A stretch of DNA of 64,000 nt from an uncultured Candidatus Rokubacteria bacterium (GCA_963805625.1 CAWDVE010000014.1:1-64000); one strand, 5' to 3'; shown: positions 40,492-51,116, numbered from the stretch's first letter. Program-made: numbers and translations. Notes: generated by a model from the letters alone, not told the origin.

Positions 40492-42159
40492 TTGATGATC
40501 GCAGCCATCTACGCGCGCAAGAGCAACGAGCAAGGCGTCCCCGATGAGGCGAAGTCCGTAACCCGCCAGGTCGAGCACGCGACGGCGTATACCCAGCGGA
40601 AGGGCTGGACCGTTCACCCGTCTCACGTCTACGTCGACGACGCGATCAGCGGGGCGGAGTTCGTCAACAGACCGGGCTTGGCCAGGCTCCTGACCGCCCT
40701 GTCGTCGCGCCCGTTCCAGGTCGTCGTCATGGCCGAACCCTCACGCCTCGGCCGTGAGCAGATCGAGACCGCGTACACCCTCAAGCGCATCACGGACGCC
40801 GACGTGCGGGTGTTCTACTACCTGAATGACCACGAAGCCCTCATGGACACGGCGCTGGCGAAGGTGATGGCGTCGCTGACCGGGTTCGCCGCAGAGCAGG
40901 AGCGCGAGCAGGCCCGGGTCCGGACGCATGACGCGATGGCCCGCAAGGCGAAGGCCGGCCACGTCACGGGCGGGCTGACCTACGGCTACACCAACGTGCG
41001 CCGGGACGGCCACGTCGCGCGCCAGATCAACGAGCGCGAGGCGGCGGTCGTCAAGCGCATCTTCGCCGACTACGTGCAGGGGATCGGTCCCCGTGCCCTC
41101 GCCGTCGCCCTCGCGGCGGAGGGTGCGATCCCACCCAAGCCACGGCAGCGAGGGGCGGTCCCCGGATGGTCGCGGGCCGCGATCCTGGACATCCTCAAGC
41201 GCGACCTGTACCGGGGCGAGATCGTCTGGAACCGCCTCAAGAAGACGGACCGTGGTGGCCGGACGAAGGTCCGGGTTACCCGGGCCACGACGGACCTGAT
41301 CCGCGTCCAGGACGAATCCCTCCGCATCATCGACGACGTGACGTGGGAGGCGGCGCAGGCACGCCGGCAGAAGATGGCCGGCACTCGACCGGCAGGATCA
41401 TGGACCCGGAGCACGACCCCCTCCACGCCCGCGCTGCTGGCGGGCATCGCGCGCTGCGCGGGCTGCGGCGCGCCCCTGACCCGGCGTGGCCGACCGAACG
41501 GGTCAGGCAAGAATCGGACCCGCATCATGATGTACGTGTGCAGCAGTCGGAACCGGCCCGGGGTCTGCGCCAACGCGGTCGCGCTCAAGGAGTCTATCCT
41601 CGACGACGCCGTCCTCCACGCCCTGGCGGACGCCCTGTCCGCCGACGCGATCGAGGCGGCGGTCAAGCGGGCGATGGCCGAGGCGAAGGCGGAGCTGTCC
41701 GGGAGTGCGGATCGCCGGGTCGAACTCGACCGGGACATCCGGACGGTGGAGACCCGGCTCGCGCGGCTGATGGAAGCCCTCGCGGCGGGCACGATGCCGG
41801 TCGGCGTCATCACCCCGAAGGTGACCGAGGAGGAGGCACGACGGGTCAGCCTGACCCGCGAGCGCGATGCCCTGGCCACGGCCGGCGCCGTGGTCGACTA
41901 CACCAACACGAAGGTCCTAGCCGCGATCAAGGCAGCGGCCGGCGACGTCCGGGCTGCCCTGCTGGAACATCGCACGGAGGCGAAGGACGTCTTGTCCGCG
42001 TTCCTCGACACGATCGTGTTCACCCCGTTCGGCGCAGGCCGTGCGCGGGGCTACGAGTTCAAGGGGACCGGCGACTACGGGTCCCTGATCGGCCAGGCCG
42101 TGAAACCTCTCCTGCGGGTGGTGTCCCCGACGGGATTCGAACCCGTGTTGCCAGATTGA
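40492..42159 (+). CDS. large serine recombinase (resolvase + recombinase + Zn-ribbon/coiled-coil)
   Basis: RBS AAAGGAG. AAIYARKS catalytic Ser, DDAISG...RPGL, SRLGR, GG..YGY, LLAGIARCAGCG...YVC...C. C-terminus VSPTGFEPVLPD is read from the antisense tRNA. Confidence 0.95.
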   Translation: MMIAAIYARKSNEQGVPDEAKSVTRQVEHATAYTQRKGWTVHPSHVYVDDAISGAEFVNRPGLARLLTALSSRPFQVVVMAEPSRLGREQIETAYTLKRITDADVRVFYYLNDHEALMDTALAKVMASLTGFAAEQEREQARVRTHDAMARKAKAGHVTGGLTYGYTNVRRDGHVARQINEREAAVVKRIFADYVQGIGPRALAVALAAEGAIPPKPRQRGAVPGWSRAAILDILKRDLYRGEIVWNRLKKTDRGGRTKVRVTRATTDLIRVQDESLRIIDDVTWEAAQARRQKMAGTRPAGSWTRSTTPSTPALLAGIARCAGCGAPLTRRGRPNGSGKNRTRIMMYVCSSRNRPGVCANAVALKESILDDAVLHALADALSADAIEAAVKRAMAEAKAELSGSADRRVELDRDIRTVETRLARLMEALAAGTMPVGVITPKVTEEEARRVSLTRERDALATAGAVVDYTNTKVLAAIKAAAGDVRAALLEHRTEAKDVLSAFLDTIVFTPFGAGRARGYEFKGTGDYGSLIGQAVKPLLRVVSPTGFEPVLPD

Positions 42160-42196
42160 AAATCTGGAGTCCTAGGCCTGCCTAGACGACGGGGAC
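42119..42196 (-). tRNA. tRNA-Glu: tRNA-Glu (anticodon TTC)
   Basis: GTCCCCG/CGGGGAC acceptor stem, CCAGA-TT-TTC-AA-TCTGG anticodon arm, ACGGG-TTCGAAT-CCCGT T-arm, encoded ACCA end. Confidence 0.96.
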
Positions 42197-42221
42197 GCGT
42201 CCTCTAAATGCCCGCCACGCA

Positions 42222-42250
42222 ACGCTATCAAGACCATCAGTCCAATGCAA
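42222..42250 (-). promoter_or_regulatory. putative sigma-70 promoter of tRNA-Glu
   Basis: Minus strand TTGCAT-N17-TAGCGT followed by a GC-rich discriminator. Confidence 0.5.
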
Positions 42251-42502
42251 GCAGCGATCAAGTCTTCGTGTCGCCAGCCGAAAATCTGGAATCAGTGACG
42301 GCCCGGGAGATGGTCTGGATGTGCAAGTCATCGGGAGATTGGAACTTTCATTCGCATCAATCGAACCTCGGCTCAAGGGTCAGGAGTGCCACCATGAGTG
42401 CCACCGGTACCGGCGGTCGAAGAGCCACGACGGCCAGGCGTACCGCGCGCGATCCCCACTTCAATTGGTTGAGAGGTTCGATCCAGCGAGACTAGACGCA
42501 GA

Positions 42503-42735
42503 CTAGTACCGTGTCAGCCGTGAGATACCCTGCGGACCATGAAGACCAGAGACCACCGTGGGCGCAGCGACTGAGACTCTCGCGTCGCGAGTGCAGGATG
42601 CTCACCGAGCTCCTGCGGGCCGGCCGGACCGGTCTGTGGCGGGCCCTGCGGGCCCGCGCGTCCTGCTCGCGGCCGCCGGCGTGGCCGTCTCGGAGATTGC
42701 CCGGCAGGTTGGGCGCGACCGCAAGTGGGTCCGAC
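42503..42735 (+). pseudogene. left end and N-terminal HTH remnant of an IS630-like transposase
   Basis: CTAGTACCGTGTCAGC end-like sequence. LRLSRRECRMLTELLR / RVLLAAAGVAVSEIARQVGRDRKWVR. Confidence 0.55.
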
Positions 42736-45071
42736 ACACGCCGTACCTCCCGGTGATCGAGCTGCTCCGCACCTACTTCGGCATCGACGGGCGCGATGAT
42801 CTGCGGAGGATCCGCGAGAAGGTGACCGGCAAGCTCCTGGCGCTGGATCGCGCGCTCGAGCCGGCGCTGCCGGCGTTTCTATGGCGTCCTCGACGTCCCC
42901 GTCGAGGACGCCCAGTGGCAGCGGCTCGACCCGCCGCAGCGCCGACAGCGCGCGCTCGACGGGGTCAGGCGGCTCCTCCTGCGCGAGAGCCTCGGGCAGC
43001 CGGTCCTCGTCCTGTTCGAGGACCTGCACTGGATCGACACCGAGACCCAGGCGCTGCTCGACGGCCTGGTCGAGAGTCTTCCCACCGCGCGCATGCTGCT
43101 CCTCGTCAACTACCGGCCGGAATACCAGCACCGGTGGACGGGCAAGAGCTTCTATCGCCAGCTCCGGATCGATCCCTTGTCCCGGAGAGCGCCGACGATC
43201 TCCTGACGGCGCTCCTCGGGTCGGATACAGCCCTCGCGCTGCTGCGGCGGCTCCTGATCGAGCGCACCGAAGGCAACCCGTTCTTTCTCGAAGAGAGCGT
43301 CCGCGCTCTGCTGGAGACCCAGGTCTTGGTGGGGGAGCGAGGCGCCTACCGCCTTGCGGCGCCGTCCGCGAGCCTCGAGAAGACCCTGCAGATCCCGGCG
43401 ACGGCCCGGGCGATCCTGGCCGCTCGCATCGACCGGCTCGCGCCGGAGGACAAGCGCCTGCTCCACGGCGCCGCCGTCATCGGCAAGGACGTGCCGTTCG
43501 CGCTCCTTCAGACCATCGCCGACGAGCCGGAGGAAACCGTGCGCCGCGGCTTGAGTAGCCTCCAGGCCGCCGAGTTCCTGTACGAGACACGGCTGTTCCC
43601 CGATCTCGAATACACGTTCCGGCACGCCCTGACTCACGAAGTGGCGTACGACGGCGTCCTCCACGACCGCCGACGTACCCTTCACGCCCGGATCGTCGAC
43701 ACCATCGAGGCTGTCTATCCAGGCCGGCTCGCGGAGCACGTCGACCGGCTCGCCCATCATGCCTTTCGTGGCGAGGTCTGGGAGAAGGCAGGTCGGTACC
43801 TCCATCAGGCCGGGACGAAAGCGGCCGGGCGCCTGGCGTTCCGGGACGCGATCGTGCGCTTCGAGCAAGCCCTGGTCGCGCTGGCGCATCTCCCGGACGA
43901 TCCGATGCGGATCGGGCAGGCCATCGATCTCCGGTTCGACATCCGCAATGCCCTCGTGCCCCTCGGCGCCATCGGGGAGACCGCGCTCCATCTTCGCGAG
44001 GTCGAGCCCCTGGTCACAGCCCTCGGCGATCGGCGACGGCTGGCGCGTCTCGCCATCTACCTGACGAGCTACCTCTGGGGGCAGGCCGGCTACGATGGGG
44101 CGATCGAGTGGGCTCAGCGCGCCGTCGCCCTTGCCGCGGAGCTCGGAGATCCCGCGCTCGAGGGCACCGCGCCCTACTATCTCGGACGGATCTACGACGC
44201 GTTGGGCGACTACGGGACGGCGATCCCCCTGCTGGAGCGGAGCGTGGCGTTGCTGGAGCAGCCGGCGACCGCTGAAGGACGGGGCATGATGTCGCACAGC
44301 CTCCCCTCCGTCCTGGCGCGCACCTTCCTGACCTGGTCCCTGGCGGAGCGTGGCGCGTTCCCTCAGGCCGTCGCGTGCGGAGAGGAGGCGGTCCGCCTGG
44401 CCACGGCGGCCGATCACGCGGAGAGCCTGCTCAGCGCGTCCGCGGGACTCGGCGGGGCCTTGAGTCGTAAGGGCGACATCGACCGAGCAATCCCCACGCT
44501 CGAGCGAGCCGTGACCCTGGGGGACGCCATCCAGGTCCCGCTCCTGTTCCCGTTCCTCGCCATGTCCCTCGGAGCCGCGTACATCCTGGCCGGACGGCCG
44601 GCCGAAGCGACGGCGCTCCTGGAAAAGGCCTGGGCGCAGACGGTGGCGATGCCGTTCAAGACCATCCAGTCACCGATGGCCGCGCACCTCGGCGAGGCGT
44701 ATCTCCGGACGGGGCGCATGGGCGAGGCCATGGATTTCGTGACGCGGGCGCTGGAGCTCTCCCGCCAGCACAAGGAGCGGGGGCACGAGGCGTGGAGCCT
44801 CCGCGGGCTCGGGGAGGTCGCGCTCGCCCAGGAGCCTCCCGACGCCGCCCGGGCCGAGGGCGCGTTTCGACAGGCGAGCGCCCTGGCTGGCGAGCTCGGG
44901 ATGCGCCCCTTGGTGGGCCACTGCCACCTGGGCCTGGGTACGCTCTACCGACGAACGAGAGACCGGGCGCGCGCCGAGGAGCACCTGACGCAGGCCCGGG
45001 ATGCGTTCAGCGACATGGCGATGGAGCACTGGGCGGCCCGGGCGCGCACGGAGCTCGACGCCAGCGTCTGA
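42736..45071 (+). pseudogene. N-truncated AAA-ATPase/TPR protein (adenylate-cyclase-associated type), frameshifted
   Basis: PYLPVIELLR, FEDLHWID (alternate frame), RTEGNPFFLEE, ARIDRL, YTFRHALTHEVAY, TPR repeats. Cyclase and Walker A regions absent. Confidence 0.8.
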
Positions 45072-45074
45072 CGG

Positions 45075-45295
45075 TGCTGGTCCGAGGCGCCGGCGCGATC
45101 CGGGCCATACGCGCCGGCGCCTCGGGGACGGTCGCCAACGGCCTCGACGGCCATCTCGCCGCAACCGAGTGAGCCGAGCCCCCCGGCATTGCTGACCGCC
45201 GCTGCCAGTTGCGGCGTCGCCGACCCTGCCATGGGCGCCTGGATGATCGGGTGCTCGACACCAAGCAGGTCGCAGAGCTCTCGACGCGGCCACAT
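45075..45295 (-). pseudogene. N-terminal fragment of a nitronate monooxygenase-family gene
   Basis: [32 protein letters not shown]...[14 protein letters not shown], then lost. Confidence 0.75.
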
Positions 45296-45312
45296 GGGAG
45301 CCACCCTCCGAA

Positions 45313-46734
45313 CTAACCCTTGGTCTCGTCGGATGGGGCCTGGCCCGGGACGGCGAGCAGGCCGAGGGTGCGGCCTGAGAAGCGGAGCAGGGTCCCGACC
45401 GGAAGCAGTACAAGGCCGGCCGCGACCGCGACGTAGAGGACCTGCCGGAATCCGGCGAGATCGAGTGTCCCCTCCACGATGACTCCAAGGAGGACGGCTC
45501 CCAGAATCGCGCCCAGGTACCGTCCGGTGGCCCAGATGCCCCCGGCCACGCCGGACATCCCCGCTGGAGCCGACTCCAGCGCGGCGGACTGCTCGGCTCC
45601 CATCTGAAGGCCTACCCCGGCCGCCCCCACGGCCAGAGGTGCGATCAGGCCGAGGAGCGAGGTGTCGGCGTGGGCTTGCAGCAAGAGCCCGGTCCCGGCG
45701 AGCAGGAGCAGCGTCCCGCCGACCACGGGAACGGCAGGCCCCAGCCGGTCGCTGAGGAAGCCTCCCACCGGGGAGAGCGCCGCCATCACACTGGAGTAGA
45801 TCACGAGCACCCCGCCCACCTCCCGGGGTCCGCGGCCCTGCAAGCCGACCATGAAGAGCGGCACGAGGAGGAGCGTCGTGTACATCACCACGTTCGTGAG
45901 GAGGACTGCGACCGAGGCCCCCGCGAATGCCGGGTGACGGAAGAGGCGAAAATCGACGATCGGGTTGGCGTGTAGCCGTTCCCACGCATACAGGACCCCG
46001 CCCAGAGCGACGCCGGCGACGGCCACGGCCAGGACCGCCAGCGCTCCACGGGACAGGCGGGACAGGGCGACCACCCCGGCGGCGAGGGTCAGGCTGAGCA
46101 ACACCGCACCACCGGCGTCGAAGCCGCGATGGCCCTGGCGCACCGTCTCGGGCAGCCGCCGGATTGCGAGGGGGATGACGAAGGCCAAGATGGGGAGGTT
46201 CACCCAGAAGATCGACGCCCAGCCGAACTGGCCGACGAGGAGACCTCCGACAGCCGGACCGATGGCAGCGCCAAAAGTCATGCACGCGGCAAGCCAGCCG
46301 TAGGCGCGGCCTCGCGCGTCCACGACGAACGCGTGCCGGATGATCGCGGCCCCGTTCGGGTTCACCGCGGATGCACACACGCCCTGGAGCGCGCGGAACG
46401 CGATCAGGAGGGGAAACGTCGGAGCCAGCGCGCACGCGATCGAGGCGCCCCCGAGCCCGATGCAGCCGGCCACGAAGAGTCGCCGGTGCCCGTAGGAATC
46501 CCCCAGCCGGCCTGCCACGGGCTGAAGACTGGCCATCGTCACGAGGTATAGGGTCACGATCCAGCTGACCCCGGCCACGCCGACCCCGAACGCCGTCATG
46601 AGTGCCGGCAGCGCCACCGCGATCATCGTCGAGTTGATTGGGGTGAGGAACGTTCCTCCGGCAACGATGGCGAGGAGGAGACGCCCGTGGGCCAATCGCT
46701 CGGGCGCGCGTTCGCTCGTCGCTAAACTGCTCAC
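45313..46734 (-). CDS. MFS efflux transporter (DHA2, 14-TM type)
   Basis: [21 protein letters not shown] motif [25 protein letters not shown] start overlaps the upstream stop (GTGA). Confidence 0.92.
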   Translation of the reverse strand: MSSLATSERAPERLAHGRLLLAIVAGGTFLTPINSTMIAVALPALMTAFGVGVAGVSWIVTLYLVTMASLQPVAGRLGDSYGHRRLFVAGCIGLGGASIACALAPTFPLLIAFRALQGVCASAVNPNGAAIIRHAFVVDARGRAYGWLAACMTFGAAIGPAVGGLLVGQFGWASIFWVNLPILAFVIPLAIRRLPETVRQGHRGFDAGGAVLLSLTLAAGVVALSRLSRGALAVLAVAVAGVALGGVLYAWERLHANPIVDFRLFRHPAFAGASVAVLLTNVVMYTTLLLVPLFMVGLQGRGPREVGGVLVIYSSVMAALSPVGGFLSDRLGPAVPVVGGTLLLLAGTGLLLQAHADTSLLGLIAPLAVGAAGVGLQMGAEQSAALESAPAGMSGVAGGIWATGRYLGAILGAVLLGVIVEGTLDLAGFRQVLYVAVAAGLVLLPVGTLLRFSGRTLGLLAVPGQAPSDETKG

Positions 46735-47546
46735 CGTGCGCCTCGAGTGATGGCACGTCGCTGCAGGAGATAGAGCATCTCCTGCGCGAAGGCCCACTCG
46801 AGATCCTGGGTCCCTCCGAACACCTCCTCGCATCGGGTGGCCAGGCCGTGAAGCTGATGAAGGTGCCCGTCCCCGAGGCAGAGCACGCTGGCCCGCTCGG
46901 CGGCGACGTCTTGCTCGATTGTTCCACCCTCGGGCAGCGGGCAGATCGCGACGGATTTCGTCCCCGCCACCCGCTCGATCACCGTGCCCTCGCGACTCAC
47001 CCGATACCGGTCGGGCGTCACCAGCCCCGCGACCACCGCCTCCCCAAGCCCCCAGGCGGCCTCGATGACGCGCTCGTCGGCGCCATCGAGCGGGTTCACC
47101 GTGAACAGGACGCCGGCAACGTCAGGAGCCACGAGCGTCTGCACCACCACCCCGATCTGCGGCTCGACCACGATCCCGAGGCGCCGGCGGTAGGCCAGCG
47201 CCGCGTCCGAGCGCGCCGACTCCCAGACGGCGCGCACGGCCTCGGTCAGGCCACTCCCCGAGCGGACGTTCAGCCGGGTGACATGCTGGCCGGCGAAGCT
47301 CGCGTGCTCGGAGTCCTCGCCGACGGCCGATGAACGAACGGCGAGTGGGCCCACGAGCGCGTGACCAACCCCGGCAAGCAGATCCATGGCGACCACATCA
47401 CCGGCGGCCACGGCCGCGACGAGCCGGGCGGGGAGCGCGGTCCCGTCGGGGACCGGAAGGCCCGCGCGAATCCCGGCGCCGAGTTGCACCGCCTTGCCCC
47501 CGAAGACCCCTTCGTCGGTCGCCTCACGGAGCGCGACCGGTTTCAT
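46731..47546 (-). CDS. stand-alone ATP-grasp (PEP/pyruvate-binding, PPDK_N) subunit
   Basis: [58 protein letters not shown]...LQRRAIT. No His or pyruvate domain. Confidence 0.92.
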   Translation of the reverse strand: MKPVALREATDEGVFGGKAVQLGAGIRAGLPVPDGTALPARLVAAVAAGDVVAMDLLAGVGHALVGPLAVRSSAVGEDSEHASFAGQHVTRLNVRSGSGLTEAVRAVWESARSDAALAYRRRLGIVVEPQIGVVVQTLVAPDVAGVLFTVNPLDGADERVIEAAWGLGEAVVAGLVTPDRYRVSREGTVIERVAGTKSVAICPLPEGGTIEQDVAAERASVLCLGDGHLHQLHGLATRCEEVFGGTQDLEWAFAQEMLYLLQRRAITRGAR

Positions 47547-49240
47547 CACACGATCACGGCATCGCCGGCTCGCCCGTCGACCCGCACTCGCGCCCCGTCC
47601 CGAATCTGACGCGTGGCGTCGGTACAGCCGACAACCGCGGGAATCCCGTACTCTCGCGCCACGATCGCCGCGTGGGAGAGGAGACCCCCACGATCCGTCA
47701 CGATCGCCCCGAGCATCGGCAGCACGATGTTGAATGCGGCGCTCGTCGAGGTCGTGACGAGGACGTCACCGTGACGAATCCGAGCGAAATCGGCCGTGCC
47801 ATGAATGAGGCGGGCCGGTCCTTCGTAGACGCCGGGACTGACTCCCACCCCGCGCACCGACCGCGCCTCCGTGCGCGGGGGCGGCGTCACTAGGATGGCC
47901 TGAATACAGACCCTGATGGCAACCTCCGCGCGCGCGGCCGAGGACGGCAGCCACTCAGCTGGCAGGGGGTCACCCGGTGGCGATCCCAGCATCGCCGGCA
48001 CGTCGGCCCATGTGGTCTGCGCGCGGTAGCGCGCCCGCTGCGCCAGCTCGTCGGCGGTCGGCCCGTCAGCCCCCCGGATGAGCGCCTGCATCTCTTCGTA
48101 GTCAGCCTCGACGAACTCCGCCGCGCGCGCGAGGCGTCCGGTGCGCACGAGCCGCTCGCCGGCCTCGAGCATCGCACGGCGCGCGAGGCCGAACGCCCAG
48201 ATGTCGCAATAGATCCCGCGCTCATCGCGCAGCCGATACACGCTGCGCGCTTCCGCCAGGAGCGCGTCGAACGCCGGACGGTGTGCGCTCGGCACGCCGT
48301 CACGGATCTCCGCCGTAGCCGCCTCTCTCACGTCGGCCGCGGGCTGGGCTACCGCCGGATCCACCACGGAGCGCATGGCCTGGAGCAGCACCTCGGGCAT
48401 CTCCAGGGCGTAGGGTTCGCCCACGTCCAAGCCGTTCGCGAGCCGGTAACCGACGACGTCGATGTACGCGCCCACCGCAGCGCCGACCTCCCCCGGCAAT
48501 GCGCGCAGGGCCGCGAGCACGTCCCGCGGCGCCCCCGACGAGGCGAGTAGATCTCGGGCTCTCCCGTCTGCCGCGACGGCCCGCCGGACCCGCTCGAGCT
48601 CGTCCGCGGCGCCGCGTGAGACCTTGGACGCCCCGCCCAGCAGCGCGAGCAGCTCCGTCGCGGGTCGACCCGTCCACGCCTCGCCTTGGGCGAGAAAGTC
48701 CCCGACGGGCAAGAGCGCCGGCACGTTGAATCGATGATGCACGTAGATGAGACGCTTGGCATGCTCGCGGCAGCGCTCGAGGTGGGCGAACAGCGCGTCG
48801 GCCGAGAGGCTCGCCGGATCCACGGATTGCAGGGCCAGGTGGTCGCGGACCGCGCCTGGCTTGACTTCCCGGTCCCACCACTCGAGATCCTGGCGCCAGA
48901 TCTTCTGCTCCATGGCCACCGCGCTGGACGCGAGCCGCGCGCGAATCTCCGGATGGGACAGCATGAGCTCGTCCCAGACGTGCTTGGGCGGGTGGCCCAC
49001 CGCGTCGGGCGGCGCGCCGACCGGGCGCAGACAGAAGTAGGGGCAGCTTGCCGCGAACCGGTAGTCCAGGTTCTCCAGGAGCAGCCCGTAGCGCTTCAGG
49101 CCCTCCCCGAACCCTCGGGCGAACTGGCCCGGAAAGATCTCCGCGACGAAGCGGGTCACCGGCCGGGTGAAGTGGGTGGCGTCGAGGGCCCACGATCCTG
49201 GCCCCGGCGAGTCAAACCTGAGTCCTGCCTGCACACTCAT
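47546..49240 (-). CDS. PEP-utilising enzyme: substrate-binding + phospho-His swivel domain (Rph/PpsA-like)
   Basis: RBS GGGGAG before ATG 49240. WALDATHFTRPVT N-terminal motif, C-terminal SPGVYEG...TDRGGLLSHAAIVAREYGIPAVVG. Confidence 0.9.
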   Translation of the reverse strand: MSVQAGLRFDSPGPGSWALDATHFTRPVTRFVAEIFPGQFARGFGEGLKRYGLLLENLDYRFAASCPYFCLRPVGAPPDAVGHPPKHVWDELMLSHPEIRARLASSAVAMEQKIWRQDLEWWDREVKPGAVRDHLALQSVDPASLSADALFAHLERCREHAKRLIYVHHRFNVPALLPVGDFLAQGEAWTGRPATELLALLGGASKVSRGAADELERVRRAVAADGRARDLLASSGAPRDVLAALRALPGEVGAAVGAYIDVVGYRLANGLDVGEPYALEMPEVLLQAMRSVVDPAVAQPAADVREAATAEIRDGVPSAHRPAFDALLAEARSVYRLRDERGIYCDIWAFGLARRAMLEAGERLVRTGRLARAAEFVEADYEEMQALIRGADGPTADELAQRARYRAQTTWADVPAMLGSPPGDPLPAEWLPSSAARAEVAIRVCIQAILVTPPPRTEARSVRGVGVSPGVYEGPARLIHGTADFARIRHGDVLVTTSTSAAFNIVLPMLGAIVTDRGGLLSHAAIVAREYGIPAVVGCTDATRQIRDGARVRVDGRAGDAVIV

Positions 49241-49499
49241 CGTTGATTTCTCCCCAGGCAACTGACGTACGGGCGACCGGCGGCGTGATCCTCGCTCCGC
49301 ACCAACCGGAGACATCGGGGGCATGCCGAGATCCCGCTTCGGAACCTCGGCATGGTCGGTATCGGCCCCCGGGTGCCAGCCGACGATACTCCACGCCGAG
49401 GCGCCCCGCCAGAGGGCGCATCGCGGCTGATCCTGGCCCGTGGTACGCGGAAGGCCGTACACCGAGCCTGTGCTGCTCGGATCCAGAGGGAACAGGCGG

Positions 49500-49725
49500 G
49501 TGCACCAGCGTGAGCCAGGCACGCTTCGCGATTTCCCGGAGCGGGGATGGTATCGTTTCGAGAACGAGAATCTCCTCCTTGGGGCGGAGCCGTCTCGTCC
49601 TCTGGGAAGAACACGCCTGATGGGAAGCGATGCTCGGGTCGCACCTTCTTGAGCATCCCGTGAATGGTGCGGAGGTCGCGGTAGATCGTGCTTGGCTTCA
49701 CGCCGGCACGGCCGCGCGCCTGACG
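49500..49725 (-). pseudogene. internal remnant of a tyrosine integrase
   Basis: AGVKPSTIYRDLRTIHGMLKK...PEDET / LRPKEEILVL resembles the core-binding to catalytic junction. Confidence 0.5.
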
Positions 49726-49769
49726 GAAGGCGCTGTTCAGGAATCGCCCGCGGGGGCGAACTGGCGCGA

Positions 49770-50939
49770 TCAGCCCTTCCGGAGCAGCGCGCTCCCGACC
49801 GTGTACCCCGCGCCGAAGGCGGTCATGCAGGCGATCTCGCCCCGCTGCATCGAGCGCTCTTCCGCCAGGCAGATGCCGACGCCGCAGCTGCTGGTGTTGC
49901 CGAAGCGATCGAGATTGATCGCGATCCGGCCGCGCCCCCCGTCCGATCCCAGGAGGCGCCGCTCGATGCCGTCGAGGATCAGGCGACTGGCCTGGTGAAA
50001 CATGAAGACCCGGACCTCGTCGGTCGAGCACGTGTTGCGCTCGAGAATCTCTTGCGTGAGCTGCACGACGAACGGCACCACCTCTCGGTACACCGCCGGG
50101 CCGTTCTGGTAGAAGTGCCGGTAGGCCGGGCTGCCTGGCTCGACGAACGCCGCCTTGCCATTGCCGAGAGCCACGTCCGCCACCAGCGGCCGGGTCCCGC
50201 CGAGCCCGGTGCGGATGTTGTCGCTCAGGCGCGAGCGGCAGAGGGTATCCACGATCTCGTACCCACCCTTGCCGCGGCCCAGGTCTGGTGTTTCGATCAC
50301 GGCCGCCGCCGCCCCGTCGCCCCAGAAGAACGCGGTCTCCGGATCGCGATAGTCGACTCCGCAGGTGAAATACTCGGCGGCGACCAGCAGGACCCGCCGA
50401 GCGACGGCCGCCGTGAGGAGCCCGCGGGCGATCTCGAGGCCGTAGACGAAGCTCGAGCACGCCGCGAGCAGATCGTAGGCGTGGGCCCGCTCGGCTCCGA
50501 TCCGGTGCTGGATCTCGATCGCCGTCGTCGGATAGACGCGGTCCGGCGAGGAGGTTCCGCAGATCACGACGTCCACCTGGTCGGCACCCACGCCGGCCGC
50601 ATCGAGGGCGCACTGCGCGGCGCGGGCGCCGAGATCCGACGCGAACTGCCCCGAGCTGGACGCTCGGCGCTCGAGGATCGCCGTACGATCGACGACCCGC
50701 CGCGTCCGGATCCCGATGCGCTGCTCGACGTAATCGGCGAACACGCGGCGCTCGAGCGCGCCGGCATCCGTCCCGACCTGGTCTGCCGCCGAGAGCTCGG
50801 CGAGACGCCTCCGGCGCCACTCGTTGCGGGCGACCCACACCGCCAGGCGATCCGGATCGATGACCGAGGCCAAGTCCACATTGGACAGGGAGTCCGCCGG
50901 AACGTGCAGCCCTCGACCGGTGATGATGGGGTACGCCAC
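49770..50939 (-). CDS. 3-oxoacyl-ACP synthase III (FabH-like) family protein
   Basis: Cys-His-Asn triad: AACSS, FHQAS, GNTSS. Also GIRTRR, WGDGAAA, AFGAG. Confidence 0.9.
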   Translation of the reverse strand: MAYPIITGRGLHVPADSLSNVDLASVIDPDRLAVWVARNEWRRRRLAELSAADQVGTDAGALERRVFADYVEQRIGIRTRRVVDRTAILERRASSSGQFASDLGARAAQCALDAAGVGADQVDVVICGTSSPDRVYPTTAIEIQHRIGAERAHAYDLLAACSSFVYGLEIARGLLTAAVARRVLLVAAEYFTCGVDYRDPETAFFWGDGAAAAVIETPDLGRGKGGYEIVDTLCRSRLSDNIRTGLGGTRPLVADVALGNGKAAFVEPGSPAYRHFYQNGPAVYREVVPFVVQLTQEILERNTCSTDEVRVFMFHQASRLILDGIERRLLGSDGGRGRIAINLDRFGNTSSCGVGICLAEERSMQRGEIACMTAFGAGYTVGSALLRKG

Positions 50940-51116
50940 GGACGCTTGCCTGTCCTTCTGAGCCCCGGCTCCTCACTAAGGGTAGGTCTCGAGCCCCTCG
51001 CGCGCCGCCGACGCAGTGACCGGATGGCCGGCCGCGCGGAACGGTCCTGAACGCCCCGACCACTTTACTAAACGCGCCGGCCGAATGCCCCATTTACGTG
51101 GGGCTGCTCGGGTGAC

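Larger units (their letters stand above)
19581..42139. mobile_element. ~22.5 kb genomic island integrated in the 3' end of tRNA-Glu(TTC), carrying a large serine recombinase
   Basis: Exact 21-bp direct repeat TGGTGTCCCCGACGGGATTCG at 19581-19601 and 42119-42139. Recombinase 40492-42159 runs across the right repeat. Confidence 0.8.

Noticed and set aside
46731-49240. PEP synthase (ppsA) or a frameshifted single gene
   Set aside because: No pyruvate-binding barrel, and the His-domain gene precedes the ATP-grasp gene, so the two cannot be one broken ppsA or rph.
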